Source: Azolla caroliniana (taxonomy: Eukaryota; Plantae; Polypodiophyta). From it: 64,000 nt of DNA. The notes below the pieces were generated by a model. That model saw only the letters and a program-made list of their open reading frames with translations, was not told the origin of the DNA and searched no databases. The DNA lies in the NCBI GenBank assembly GCA_043228905.1, contig JBHGNT010000005.1, forward strand, positions 2,852,001 through 2,916,000, written 5' to 3'. Position numbers and translations under genes: made by a program. This document shows, piece by piece, positions 47,199-58,399 of the stretch (the stretch's first letter is position 1; the number at the start of each line of letters is the position of its first letter).

Positions 47199-50100
47199 AC
47201 TTCTTCTGTGACAGCCACAACTGCTTCTTCTTCCGGTCCCGGATGATGTGCATCCCTAGTATTTGCCTCGCCGGACCCAGGTCCTTCATTGAGAAAGTTC
47301 GGTGAAGCGCTTTCTTCAGCATCCGTATCTTGACCTGGTCCCATCCGACGATCAACATGTCGTCCACGTACAGGAGGAGTATTAGAAAGTCTCCTCCTTC
47401 GAACTTCTTCACAAACACGCAGTGATCGGACTGCGTTTTGTGGTACCCTTCGTCGGTCATGAAAGAGTCGAACTTCCGGTACCATTGCCGGGGAGCCTGC
47501 TTCAGTCCGTAAAGGCTCTTCTTTAACCGGCATACCAGGTGCTCCTTCCCTTTCTTCTCGAATCCTTCCGGTTGCTGCATGTAGATCTCTTCTTCGAGGT
47601 CACCGTGAAGGAATGCCGTCTTCACGTCCATCTGTTCTACCTCGAGGTCCATGCTTGCCGCTATGCTCAGCACCGTCCGGATGGAGGTCATCTTCACTAC
47701 CGGGGCAAATATCTCGTCGAAGTCGACGCCCTTCTTCTGCTGGAACCCCTTCACCACGATCCTGGCTTTGTATCTCGGGGGGTTTCCGGCATCTCTCGGT
47801 TTCAGCTTGAACACCCACTTGTTTCGAAGTGCCCGCTTTCCTTTCGGCAACTCCACAAGTTCATATGTGTGGTTCTCATGCAGGGAATCCATCTCCTCCT
47901 GCATGGCATTGAACCACCTGCGGCTATGGGTGTCAAGCTTTGCTTCTTCAAAACTCTCCGGCTCCCCCTCGTCGGTTAGCAGCACGTGCTCTGGTTCCGG
48001 AAATCTCCGGGGGGCCCTTCTCTCTCTTAGAGGATATCTCCGTTCCAGAGCTTCGGTAAACGGCTCCTCCGTTTCCTCTTCATCCGAATCCATTTCGGGA
48101 TCGGGGCCGGTTCCGGTATCAGTTTCATCTTCCTCGGCCGATTCTGTTTCTTCACCGTCTTCGGCCGGATCCTCGAGTGCTAACCGGTCCCTTGCCGGTC
48201 GGGACTGCTCCTCGTAGAGTTGATCCTCACCGGTCGACTTGGAGCTCTTCATCTTCTTCTCCGACTCCCAGTCGGCGAGTGTCTTGTCCTCCATGAAGAC
48301 GATATCTCGACTCCTGAATATCTTCTTGTCGACCGGGTCCCATACTCGGTAGCCGAACTCGTCGTCGCCGTAACCGAGGAATATGCATGGCCGGGTCTTT
48401 GGATCTAACTTTCCTCTCCAGTCCTTTGCCACATGCACGTATGCGAGACACCCGAACACCTTCAGATGCCGGTAGGACACTTCCTTACCGGTCCACACTT
48501 TTTGCGGCGTGTCTCCGTCCAAAGGTACTGAGGGTGATCTATTTATCACATACGTCGCCGTCGACATTGCCTCAGCCCAAAATCCCTTGGGTAATTTCGC
48601 ATGTGCTAGCATACTCCGGACCCTCTCCATTATGGTCCGGTTCATCCTCTCGGCCAGCCCGTTCAGTTCCGGCGTCTTCGGCACAGTAAACTCGAGCCGG
48701 ATTCCCTTCGAGCAACAGTACTCCGCGAACTGCCCCCGGTATTCCCCTCCGTTATCCGCTCGTATCGCTTTCAGCTTCTTGCCGGATTCCCTTTCCACTC
48801 TCGCGTGGAGTTCTTTGAAGACGGACAACACTTGGTCCTTTGTCTTCAACGGTGCCGTCCACAGCTTCCGGTTGTGGTCATCAATGAATGTCACGAAGTA
48901 CTGGGCTCCGCCATGTGACTTCGTTTCTACTTGACACACGTCAGTGTGCACCAACTCCAATGGTGCGCTACGTCTCGTCGGTGGCCTTGAGTGGAAGGAG
49001 GCTCGGTTCTGCTTACCGGCCAGGCAATCGGTGCACTTCTCCAGATGCACATGCTTCACTGGAATAAGGTTGTCTTCTGCAAGCCTCTTCATCCCCTTCT
49101 CGCTCATGTGGCACAGTCTCTTGTGCCACAGCTCACCGGCAGTGTCAGCTGCCACGTTCAGCTCCTCCGGACATAGCCGGGAATTCATCAGGTACAGTGT
49201 GTTGACCTTCCGGGCCCGAGCCACTATCAGGCTCCCTTTGCTGAACTTCATGACACTGTTCCGGATGCTACCCGTGTAGCCTTCATCGTCTAACCTCCCG
49301 ACCGAAATCAGGTTCAATCGAACCTCCGGAACGTGTCGGACATCCTTCAGCAGCATCTTGCATCCGGTTGATGTCATCAGCCACACGTCTCCTATGCCGG
49401 CAATCCGGCATGTACCTTCATTTCCCATCCGGACACAGCCGTGCTCACCGGCTATGTAGGATGAGAAGTATTTCTTCTCCGGGGTCAGGTGGAACGACGC
49501 TCCGGAATCGACCACCCAGGTCATCTCTTCACCGGCAAGGTTCAGCTCCCTCTCTTTGGTAATGAGCATTATCTCTTCTTCACTTGCCGCGAGTGCCGTC
49601 GTTCCTTTCCGGTCCTGCCCTCGCCGATCCGGACCTCTCCGGTCCGTGGCTCCCCGGTATGCACCGTTTCGCTCCGGTGACTTCTTCGAATCGGTACCGT
49701 CGGTTCCGTTGTCTTTCCGGAAATGCCGACAGTTCTTCTGGAAGTGCCCCGGCTTCCCACAGTAGAAGCATGTAGGTCTTCCCCTCGACTGCGACCGTGT
49801 CCCCGACTTCTCCCGTCTTTGCGGACTCCGGTTCCGTTGTCTTCCTCGTTCCGATTCGGTAAGCAGCGCCTTCGAGTCGGAGGCCGGTTCTTTATCTCTC
49901 TGACGCGCTTCTTCATTTAGAATACTTGTCTTTACCGTTAGTAAAGACAAGTTCTCTTCCTTACAGGAGGTGCTGAGAGTAACTACCAAGTTCTCCCAGC
50001 TCTCCGGAAGGGTACACATCAGCATGATGGCTTGCATTGCGTCATCCAACGGGAACTTGATCGCCGCAAGCGGGTTCACGAATCCCATGAACGTGCTGAC

Positions 50101-50466
50101 GTGTTCGACCATGCTCTCGCCGTCCCGGTACTTAAGATTCACTATCTTCCTCATCAGGGAGGTCCGGGTCAGAGCATTCTTCCTCTCATAAAGTCCGGAC
50201 AGCTTCTGCCACATCTCATAGGCGTTCGTATCGTTCGCCACATGTTGCAGAACACTTACATCGACGTATTGCCGGATCGTCGCTACGGCTTTCCGGTTCA
50301 GGAGCTTCCACTCCGACTCTATTACCCCCTTGGGTATCTCGGCATTGTCGATCGGTTCGTACAGGTCTCGGACGATGAGAAGGTCTTCCATCTTTATCTT
50401 CCAGTCGGCGTAGTTCTGTGAGTTCAACACCATCATGCCCGGAGGCCCACTACCGCCGCCTTCCAT
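47199..50466 (-). pseudogene. F gag-PR-IN-RT, open frame broken by insertion of E
   Basis: ATG 50466; CFYCGKPGHFQKNC, WVVDSGAS, LWHKRLCH..C..C, DNGGEY, QMDVKTAFL, YVDD; frame continues at 39937. Confidence 0.94.
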
Positions 50467-50497
50467 TTTCTGTGTTAACCTCGCTCTGATACCACTT

Positions 50498-50759
50498 TGT
50501 TGAACACAGTGCTCGGCCACAACCAAGGAATAAGATCAACTCACAGAAAACAGGAAATACAAAATGCACGAAGACAATAGAGAGAAGTGTACACAGGATG
50601 TTTTACGTGGAAAACCCTAAATGGGAAAAACCACGGGGTCCTCAGACTCCAACCATCACTATAAACAGAGATGTACAATGGTGAAGCTACAAGGCAACAA
50701 CCTTGTGCTCACTGTCTTCGCCACAGGCGGCGGTAATACACAGAGGCAACGACCTCTTC

Positions 50760-50798
<39 letters not shown>

Positions 50799-51176
50799 CT
50801 GCTCTCACTTCGCTCCCTCTAAGTGGAAAACAGAAAAATGAGCAACAACATCAAAACTGTTTGCCCTAAGTCATATTTATACACATATGACTTTCGGGCT
50901 ATTTACAAATATAGCCTCGAGGGCCCTTGGCAGACATATTCACAAATATGTCCCCGCATCCGGATCTCTTTCCGGGTACATTCGTCATCCGGCTCCGTAG
51001 CCGGGGTCTTCATCATCCGGCTCCGTAGCCGAGGTCTTCATCATCCGGCTCCGTAGCCGGGGTCTTCATCATCCGGCTCCGGAACCGAGTCTTCATCATC
51101 CGGCTCCGGAACCGGGTCTTCATTCCCGATTCCCGGACATCCGATCATCCCATCCGGAGGGACCGTAATCCCAACA
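50498..51176 (-). repeat. 5' LTR of F (679 bp)
   Basis: Five tandem units and a longer CT tract than the other LTR. Confidence 0.95.
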
Positions 51177-52704
51177 GAAGGGCGGTCTACGGAGGATCCT
51201 TCACACTGGTTCTAGAGACTTCGGCAGTCGGCAACGCGGTCAACGTAAGACCAAGATACTGACGGTGGAGGCAAGGTGACGAAGGCTATGGGCGTAAGGA
51301 AGTCCGGTCCTACGGGATCCCCACACTTAACTAGAGACTCCGACAGTTCGGCCAACGTGGCAACATGAGACCGAGAGAGAAGGTTGGTGGCGGCGGGGAA
51401 CAGGACCCGACTACGCGGAAGACACGAGGAGAGTCCGGGAGGGACTCAAACAAAAGACACCCGAATTTCGGCAAGCATAGAAACGGAGTCCGGTCCTATC
51501 GGACCCTCACACCGATCCGGAGACCCCGGTTGTTCGGCCAACGTGGCAACGTAAGACCGAGGGAGAAGAACGGTGGCGACAGGGAACATGACTCGACGAC
51601 ACGAGGTTTCGGAAGGAGCCGGTAGGGGCAAACACGGGGAGGTGTGTCAGGCCGGAAAGGCACACTTGGGACAGAACAAGAGTCTCGCAAGTGGCCATCG
51701 CGGGCCGGATCGAAGCGTGACTACGGGACGGTGTTCGGCGCGGGCGGGGCCGAACGAAGGAAGCAGAAGACGGCACAAGGGAGGTGCCGGGAACGAGGTG
51801 ACAAGTGCCTAGTGGACTGCATAGGGTCGGAGTCAGGGTATGGCAAGAGAGAGGCCAGAGGAGGATCCTCCACACTCGCTTTGTAGATCTCGGTAGCTCC
51901 GTCGAAGTAGCGAAGACTGACACGGCAAGCCCGGGGTGACAAGCTGGTGGGGGCGAGGGGACGACGACAAGCGGAAGACTCAGGACCTATCGCGGCAGCA
52001 CGAAGACGGGAAGGGCCAAGTGGGCTATTACGGGGTGTTCCTCGGATGCAAAGGACGCCGGTATGCGGGTGAACGACGATGCACGATCCGGCCGAAAAGG
52101 GGGCCGACAAGGTGTGCAATAAACCGGAGTGCGACACAAGCGGTGCCAAACAACGGGCGAGGGTACATGGCACACGGAGGTGCCGGAGCGGAAAGGCGAG
52201 CGCGGAGTTAGGTTGCGCGGTTCGGAGGTATCGCGGAGAAGACCGGAAAGGGATCCCCACACCGTTCCGGAGACCATGGCGGTTCGAGCCGACGCGGCGA
52301 TGTAAGACCATGGAGAAGGAAGGTGGCGGCGAGAGGACGAGGGCAACGCGAAACGACATGGGACGACAATCAGGACGACGTGAATGATCAACGGAGGCCA
52401 AGCAGGCCACTACGGGCATGCCTCAAGCGGAGGACATCGGGCATACGACGGAAGTGGGGCGTTCATACGGCCGAACAAGGGCCAACGGAAGTACGCGTAC
52501 TACGGAGATTGCGGCAGAGGACCCATCGACGGGTCGAACGAGCCTACGGGGAGGCGAGCGCGAAGGAAGACTCGAAGCCGACGGGTCAAACCAACAGCGA
52601 GCCGGGATGCGGATCACGGAAGACCGGTTTCTCACCGGCCGAATCTCTCACCCTTCAACCGGACTTGGCACATACCGGTCGATGTGCGGTTAGGTGGGGG
52701 CAGA

Positions 52705-53473
52705 TGTCGTGAAGAATTTCGGCCAGAGGCGGAAACCGGGAACATTGGCTACATCGGCGGGGTGCAGCGTGTGTACGCACCCATGTACATTTAGTGTGAA
52801 TATCGAGGGCGCCTTTATGGCGCCGAAGAGTAGTCAAGTCGGGATAGACGATCCCATGTAAGTCAGGATTTGTCCCACATTGTAACGCATCCCTTTCCTT
52901 GTTCTATAAAAGGAAGGGAACGCCCTTTGTGTAAGGGTTGCCCATTTTGCATTAGAGGGTATACCGTTAGGTGTAGAGTTAGGTTCTTCTTCTTCTCCTC
53001 CTTCTTCGTGTTTTGCTTAGGGTTTGCTTTGGTTCGGCCTCCTGTGCAAGACCCCGCTCGGCGCGACGAGCTGAGAGCACCCCAGCGGCGGCTTGACAAC
53101 ATACGACTACTGTAACCTACCTCAGTTCGGCTCGACGCCGGGAATGTATTCTTCCCTTTATATGTATATATATATACGTTTGTCTGTGTATATTCGCGTC
53201 GTTGTTGGCGTCGGGTGCCTACCCTTTCCTACGTTTCCTGTACATGAGGGCGTGAGCCGTGTGTGCGTGTGTGCGTGTGTGTGCGTGCGCGTGAGTCGGT
53301 GTCAAGCGCGCGCTCCCTCTCTTTCTTTCTCTCTCTCTCTCCCTTCGGTCGCTTCCGGTTTCTTCTGGGATCCCCCGGAAACGGTGAAGCACGACTTCCT
53401 ACGCTCCGTCACTCCTTGGTCCAAGACCCCCGTGGTTCCGCCTTTCTCCACGCACGCGCGTAATAACGCGACA
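52705..53473 (+). repeat. 3' LTR of D
   Basis: Repeat of 35702-36471 with scattered substitutions. Confidence 0.94.
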
Positions 53474-54369
53474 ACGTGTGAGACGCCTGAGTGCTCCCAA
53501 CCAGGGGATCGACCTTCAGCGTGCCCACGTACCTTCGTGTCTGGCTATTGCAAGCTCTACGCTCCATCGCCGGCTCTGATCCGGTTGTAATCACCCACAA
53601 CACCGTGCACCTGTGTTGTTTTAATAGAATTCTTCTCTACCTAGCAAACATTGTTCTCAGTGTCTTGCCCATGTCTGCGTCTACGCACGACTCTCTTACC
53701 CTCTCTCGTTAGGTAGCCTTACCTGTTTTCCTGTGGTCTCAAGACCTACGCGGTTCTCAAACTCCTCCCTCCTCGTTTTCTCGATTCCTTGGTTCGAGAC
53801 CCCCGTGGTCCTACCCGACTTCTATGCATCCGCAAGGATAACCTCGACAACGGTTTATATTAAAAAAACAAGATTTTACCAACTTTACAATGCTTGATAG
53901 CAAGATGAAACCTTGTTTTTACCGACTCTTGATTTGAACCCTCGACTTCAACTTCAAAACACGAGCCTCTTCCCAAAATGAGCTAACTTGTTTGTTTAAT
54001 CATATTATTTCTCTAACTTTCTCTTTTGATTCCCTTGTTTTCCCTTTTCTCATCCCTTAATTCCTTGCCTCTCTTTATAGGTTCTCTCATGCATATGATG
54101 ATATGGGGGTGCATAGCATGCATGTGATGCATGATCGCCATTTGGCGCACATGCTTTAGATGTGATGCATGATAGCCATCATGCTCATCTAAGCTCTAAT
54201 GTATGAAGATACACATGTCATAACTATGATGATAAAAATATAGTTGTTGAAAATAACTTGTCTTAATGGTATATGCTTTGTCCTTGGTGAGTGAGGTTAT
54301 GGGTTCAAGTCCCTCAAATGTTACTTGATACAATATTAAAGTTTATTTTTATATCGTGAAGCAAATCCT

Positions 54370-55646
54370 TCACGACAACATCTTTTGAAATTTCTCAATC
54401 TCATTCCATGCATTAAGAGAGATGGTGCCACCCCATACTTCTACTCTATAAAGCAATACTTGAGTTACGATGGCATTGAACATCATTACTTTTATTTCCC
54501 ATCCACAAGTATCACTTTGGTTGCATTGGTTCTCCAAAAGGTAATACGATTTCCAATCGGCTTGGAGCCTAGAATCAAAGCATGCACTCCATTTATTTGT
54601 GGCAGGTACATCAATACCAAGATATTTAAAGCTTTGAACAAATTGTATATGTTCACCTCTATATGTGAGCATAGGGTAACAATGAGGTTGGATGGTTTGC
54701 GCTGCCATCTTTTTTTTTCTCCACACTCACTGCTAGTCCACTACTATGGCAAAATTCTTCTAATACCCCAAGTAAATTTTGCATACTATCAACATCATAT
54801 GAGAAGAATACCACATCATCAACATATAGAAGCAATAAGATAACATGTTCCATCAATTTGGGAGCATTCAATCCTTCTTCTCTTGCAACCTTATTTACCA
54901 CTTCTTCTAATTTCTCAATACATAAGCCAAAAAGTGTGGGTGATAGTGGACATCCTTGCTTGACCCCCATGTTACTTAAAAAGTGCTTTGAGAATCCACT
55001 ATCCATTTTTAGGTACTTGTTCATATAGGCATGCAACAACAACTCGGTACTCTAATGGCATGTCAATCTCTACCATTCTATTCCAACGCTCACTTTTTAG
55101 TACGGTATCAAAAGCTTTCTTAAAATCAACAAAACAACAATAAAGTGTTTTTTGTTGTAGTCGACTCTCGTCCATGATTACTCTCAATGTGACCAAATTA
55201 TCCACAATGTAGTGTTTTGTTCTAAATCCTGCTTGCTCAAATGCTCTTTTGCTTGTACTTTCAGCCCATGTGCTTATCTTTTGCTCCATAATAGTGCTAT
55301 ATAATTTATCAATAGTTGAGCTCACCATTATTGTACGATAATTTGATACTTGATTCTTATCTCCGACATTAAATATTGGTTTAATCCAATTCAATAGCCA
55401 ATCATTTGGAAATCCTTGTTTTATAGCTTGCTCTATAATTGTCATTATCCAATGATGAGTATGTGGCATCGTCCATTTTAAAAGCTCACTTGAGATGTAG
55501 GTTGCATCCACTGCTTTCCCACTCACCGTCTTCTTTATTCCCTTATTGACAATTTCTGATTTGAAGGTCTTAGTCACGGGAAATGATACACATAGTGTTG
55601 GCATAAAAGGTTGACTTCCTTCCACCTTGTATCTTAGTGTGAACAT
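54370..55646 (-). pseudogene. Non-LTR (LINE) reverse transcriptase relic
   Basis: NYRTIMV, QAGFR, FVDFKKAFDTV, GVKQGCPLSPTLF, LLYVDD, FKYLG across two frameshifts. Confidence 0.92.
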
Positions 55647-56352
55647 GTCTTGAAGTTAGGGATGGAGTATATAAGTTCAACCCTAGCATTGTAACCATTC
55701 ACCTTCTTGTATCTTGAGTCTCAGAGAGTGTAAGAGTTACAGAAAAGAGAATAAGAGAGAACTTACATTGCAGCTCCATTTGCGTTGTTGTTGAGGAGAA
55801 ACTAGCTAGATGCGCATGAACGAAGGTGTGCAAGTATGCACATGAACATTGACCGATGTACAAAGCAATGTAAATATCGACATAATATTTAAAGTACTAG
55901 GTAAATTAGTTAATGGGTACTTTATATCTGACACGGGTAGAGCACACTTGCCGAAGACGACCTCATTCCGGAGGTGAAGAACGTGCAATTGGAGAAGTGC
56001 ACCGATTTCTTAGCCGGCAAGCAGAACAAGAACTCTTTCCGAACCCAAACCCTGACTAGAAAGAAAATGCCATTGGAGCTCGTGCATACCGATGTATGTT
56101 ACGTCGACACAGTTGCATGCCGGTTCACAATACTTTGTGCCCTTCATTGACGAAGGTAGTCGGAAGTTGTGGGCTTCCGTCCTGAAGACCAAGGACCATG
56201 TATTGTCAGTCTTCAGAGAGTTCGAAGCGAGAGATCATTCGACAATTGAAAGTAGTCTGATCCGACAATGGTGGAGAATACTAAAGTCAGTTTGAACAAT
56301 ACGATCCTACTGGAGTATACTGTGCCGAAGATGCCAGAACTCAACGGGTTGG

Positions 56353-56775
56353 TGTCATGGACATGATAATAGTCATATCATGATTCGAACTCTTGACCTA
56401 TTGTTTTATAATCAATCGATATGTTTTAACCAACACATTCAATACATGGTCATGTTATTTTAGTAGATTATTGTAGATGATCTATTCTACGTGTAGGAGA
56501 TTTTAGAAGCTTCCAAAAAGCTCCAAAAGCTGGAACATTCTAGAAGCTTGTGCATGAAAATGAGTCTCTGCGTGGAACTACATTTAGAGCCCACACACAT
56601 GTATAAATATAGGGGTTCACCTTGGCCTTAGTCAAGGTGAACAACACCAATTACGGAAGCATAATTGAGTTCTTATTCTCTTGTCTATTTTCTCTCTCTC
56701 TTTCTTGTTCTCTTGTCTATGCTCTCTCTCTTGCTCTCTCTCTTAGTATTAAGCCTCGTCTACTCGTCCATGACA
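56353..56775 (+). repeat. Solo LTR inserted in G integrase
   Basis: Perfect 10-bp inverted termini TGTCATGGAC/GTCCATGACA; TATAAATA box; TSD GTTGG/GCTAG, each one change from the GCTGG at the homologous site in F. Confidence 0.85.
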
Positions 56776-57447
56776 GCTAGCCAAGAGGATGAACCAGACC
56801 ATTATGGAGAGGGTTCAAAGTATGCTAGCACATGCTAAGTTGTCCAAGACGTTTTTGGCTGATGCGTTGATGACAACAATGTATGTGATTAATAGATTAC
56901 CTTCAACATCCTTGGACAGAGATATTCCACAAAGGGTGGGGAACGGCAAAGACGTGTCATACTGACACTTGAAGATGTTTGATTGTCTTGCCTATGTGCA
57001 TGTGGCTAAGGATCAAAGAGGAAAATTGGATCCAAAATCTCAACCATGCATATTTCTCAGCTACGACGATGACGAATCCGGCTATCGATTATGGGACTTA
57101 GTTGACAAGAAGGTCATTCGGAGCCGAGACATATTCTTCATGGAGGAGAAGACTATTGTTGACTGGGAGAAGGAGTCGAACACATGCTCCCGAACCGTCG
57201 GAAATTGACAGTCGACTGAGGAAGAAGGGGGGTCAACCGAATTCAGACTCAGAGTCAATTCAGTCGTAGGCCAGTCAAGAGTCAAAAACGAACCAGTCAG
57301 CCAAGGAAATAATCGGCAAAATCGAGAGTCGATTGAAGAACAAGGGGAACCAGCCGAACAAGGAACCGAATTTGACTCAGCCGAAGAAGTCGAAGAAGAA
57401 CCGATTACGCCGAATGGAGGAAGACAATATCCTTTGAGAGAGAGGAG

Positions 57448-57864
57448 CCCCACACCGTTCCGGAGACCATGGCGGTTCGAGCCGACGCGGCGATGTAAGA
57501 CCATGGAGAAGGAAGGTGGCGGCGAGAGGACGAGGGCAACGCGAAACGACATGGGACGACAATCAAGACGACGTGAATGATCAACGGAGGCCAAGCAGGC
57601 CACTACGGGCATGCCTCAAGCGGAGGACATCGGGCATACGACGGAAGTGGGGCGTTCATACGGCCGAACAAGGGCCAACGGAAGTACGCGTACTACAGAG
57701 ATTGCGGCAGAGAACCCATCGACGGGTCGAACGAGCCTACGGGGAGGCGAGCGCGAAGGAAGACTCGAAGCCGACGGGTCAAACCAACAGCGAGCCGGGA
57801 TGCGGATCACGGAAGACCGGTTTCTCACCGGCCGAATCTCTCACCCTTCAACCGGACTTGGCAC
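57448..57864 (+). repeat. 417-bp copy of D internal sequence 52255-52671 inside G
   Basis: Near-identical direct repeat; 3 G>A differences seen. Confidence 0.92.
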
Positions 57865-57920
57865 CCCCCCCCCCGCCCCGTAGATTTCCGAAAAAGAGTA
57901 TGTGTTGCGAACCGATGAGT

Positions 57921-58399
57921 CCTGCATGGCACTTAGCCACTCTTTGTTGTAGGTGTCTTTCTTTGATTCCTTGAAGCTTTCTGGCTCCCCCACATCGGTT
58001 CGCAACACATACTCTTTTTTCGGAAATCTACGGGGGGCCCTCCTCTCTCTCAAGGGATATCTTCTACCTCCATTCGGCGTAGTCGATTCTTCTTCGACTT
58101 CTTTGGTTGAGTCAAATTCGGTTCCTTGTTCGGCCGGTTCCCCTTGTTCTTTAGTGGACTCTCGATTTTGCCGATTATTTCCTTGGCCGACTGGTTCGTT
58201 TTCGACTCCCGATTGGTCTACGACCGAATCGACTCTGAGTCCTAATTCGGTTGACCCCCCCCCCCCCCTTGTTCTTCAGTCGATTATCAGTTTTCGACGG
58301 TTCGGGAGGATGTGTTCGACTCCTTCTCCCAGTCAACCATAGTCTTCTCCTCCATGAAGACTATGTCTCGGCTCCGAATGACCTTCTTGTCGACTAAGG
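57921..58399 (-). repeat. Inverted duplication of G integrase-RT linker
   Basis: Reverse complement of ~57097-57447 plus the following G sequence. Confidence 0.88.

Larger units (their letters stand above)
38479..51176 (-). mobile_element. Element F: full-length Ty1/Copia (Tnt1/Tork-like) inserted in D, interrupted by E
   Basis: LTRs 38479-39121 and 50498-51176; TSD GAAGG (38474-38478 and 51177-51181); tRNA-iMet PBS TGGTATCAGAGC 50483-50494; PPT AGTGAAGGGGGAGTT next to 39121. Confidence 0.96.
35702..53473 (+). mobile_element. Element D: non-autonomous (pol-less) LTR retroelement of the Trp-primed group; original left end at 25821; hosts Copia F
   Basis: LTRs 35702-36471 and 52705-53473; Trp PBS 36476-36493; PPT 52692-52704; TSD ACGC (25817-25820) / ACGT (53474-53477); ~3.5 kb internal region with only a gag relic. 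Confidence 0.92.
25451..53849 (+). mobile_element. Solo LTR of the Trp-primed group, split into 25451-25820 and 53478-53849 by ~27.6 kb of nested insertions
   Basis: Starts TGTCGTGAAG; ends GAGACCCCCGTGGTCC...CTCGACA like B/D LTR ends; flanks ATGG / ACGG; no PBS or PPT outside. Confidence 0.8.
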
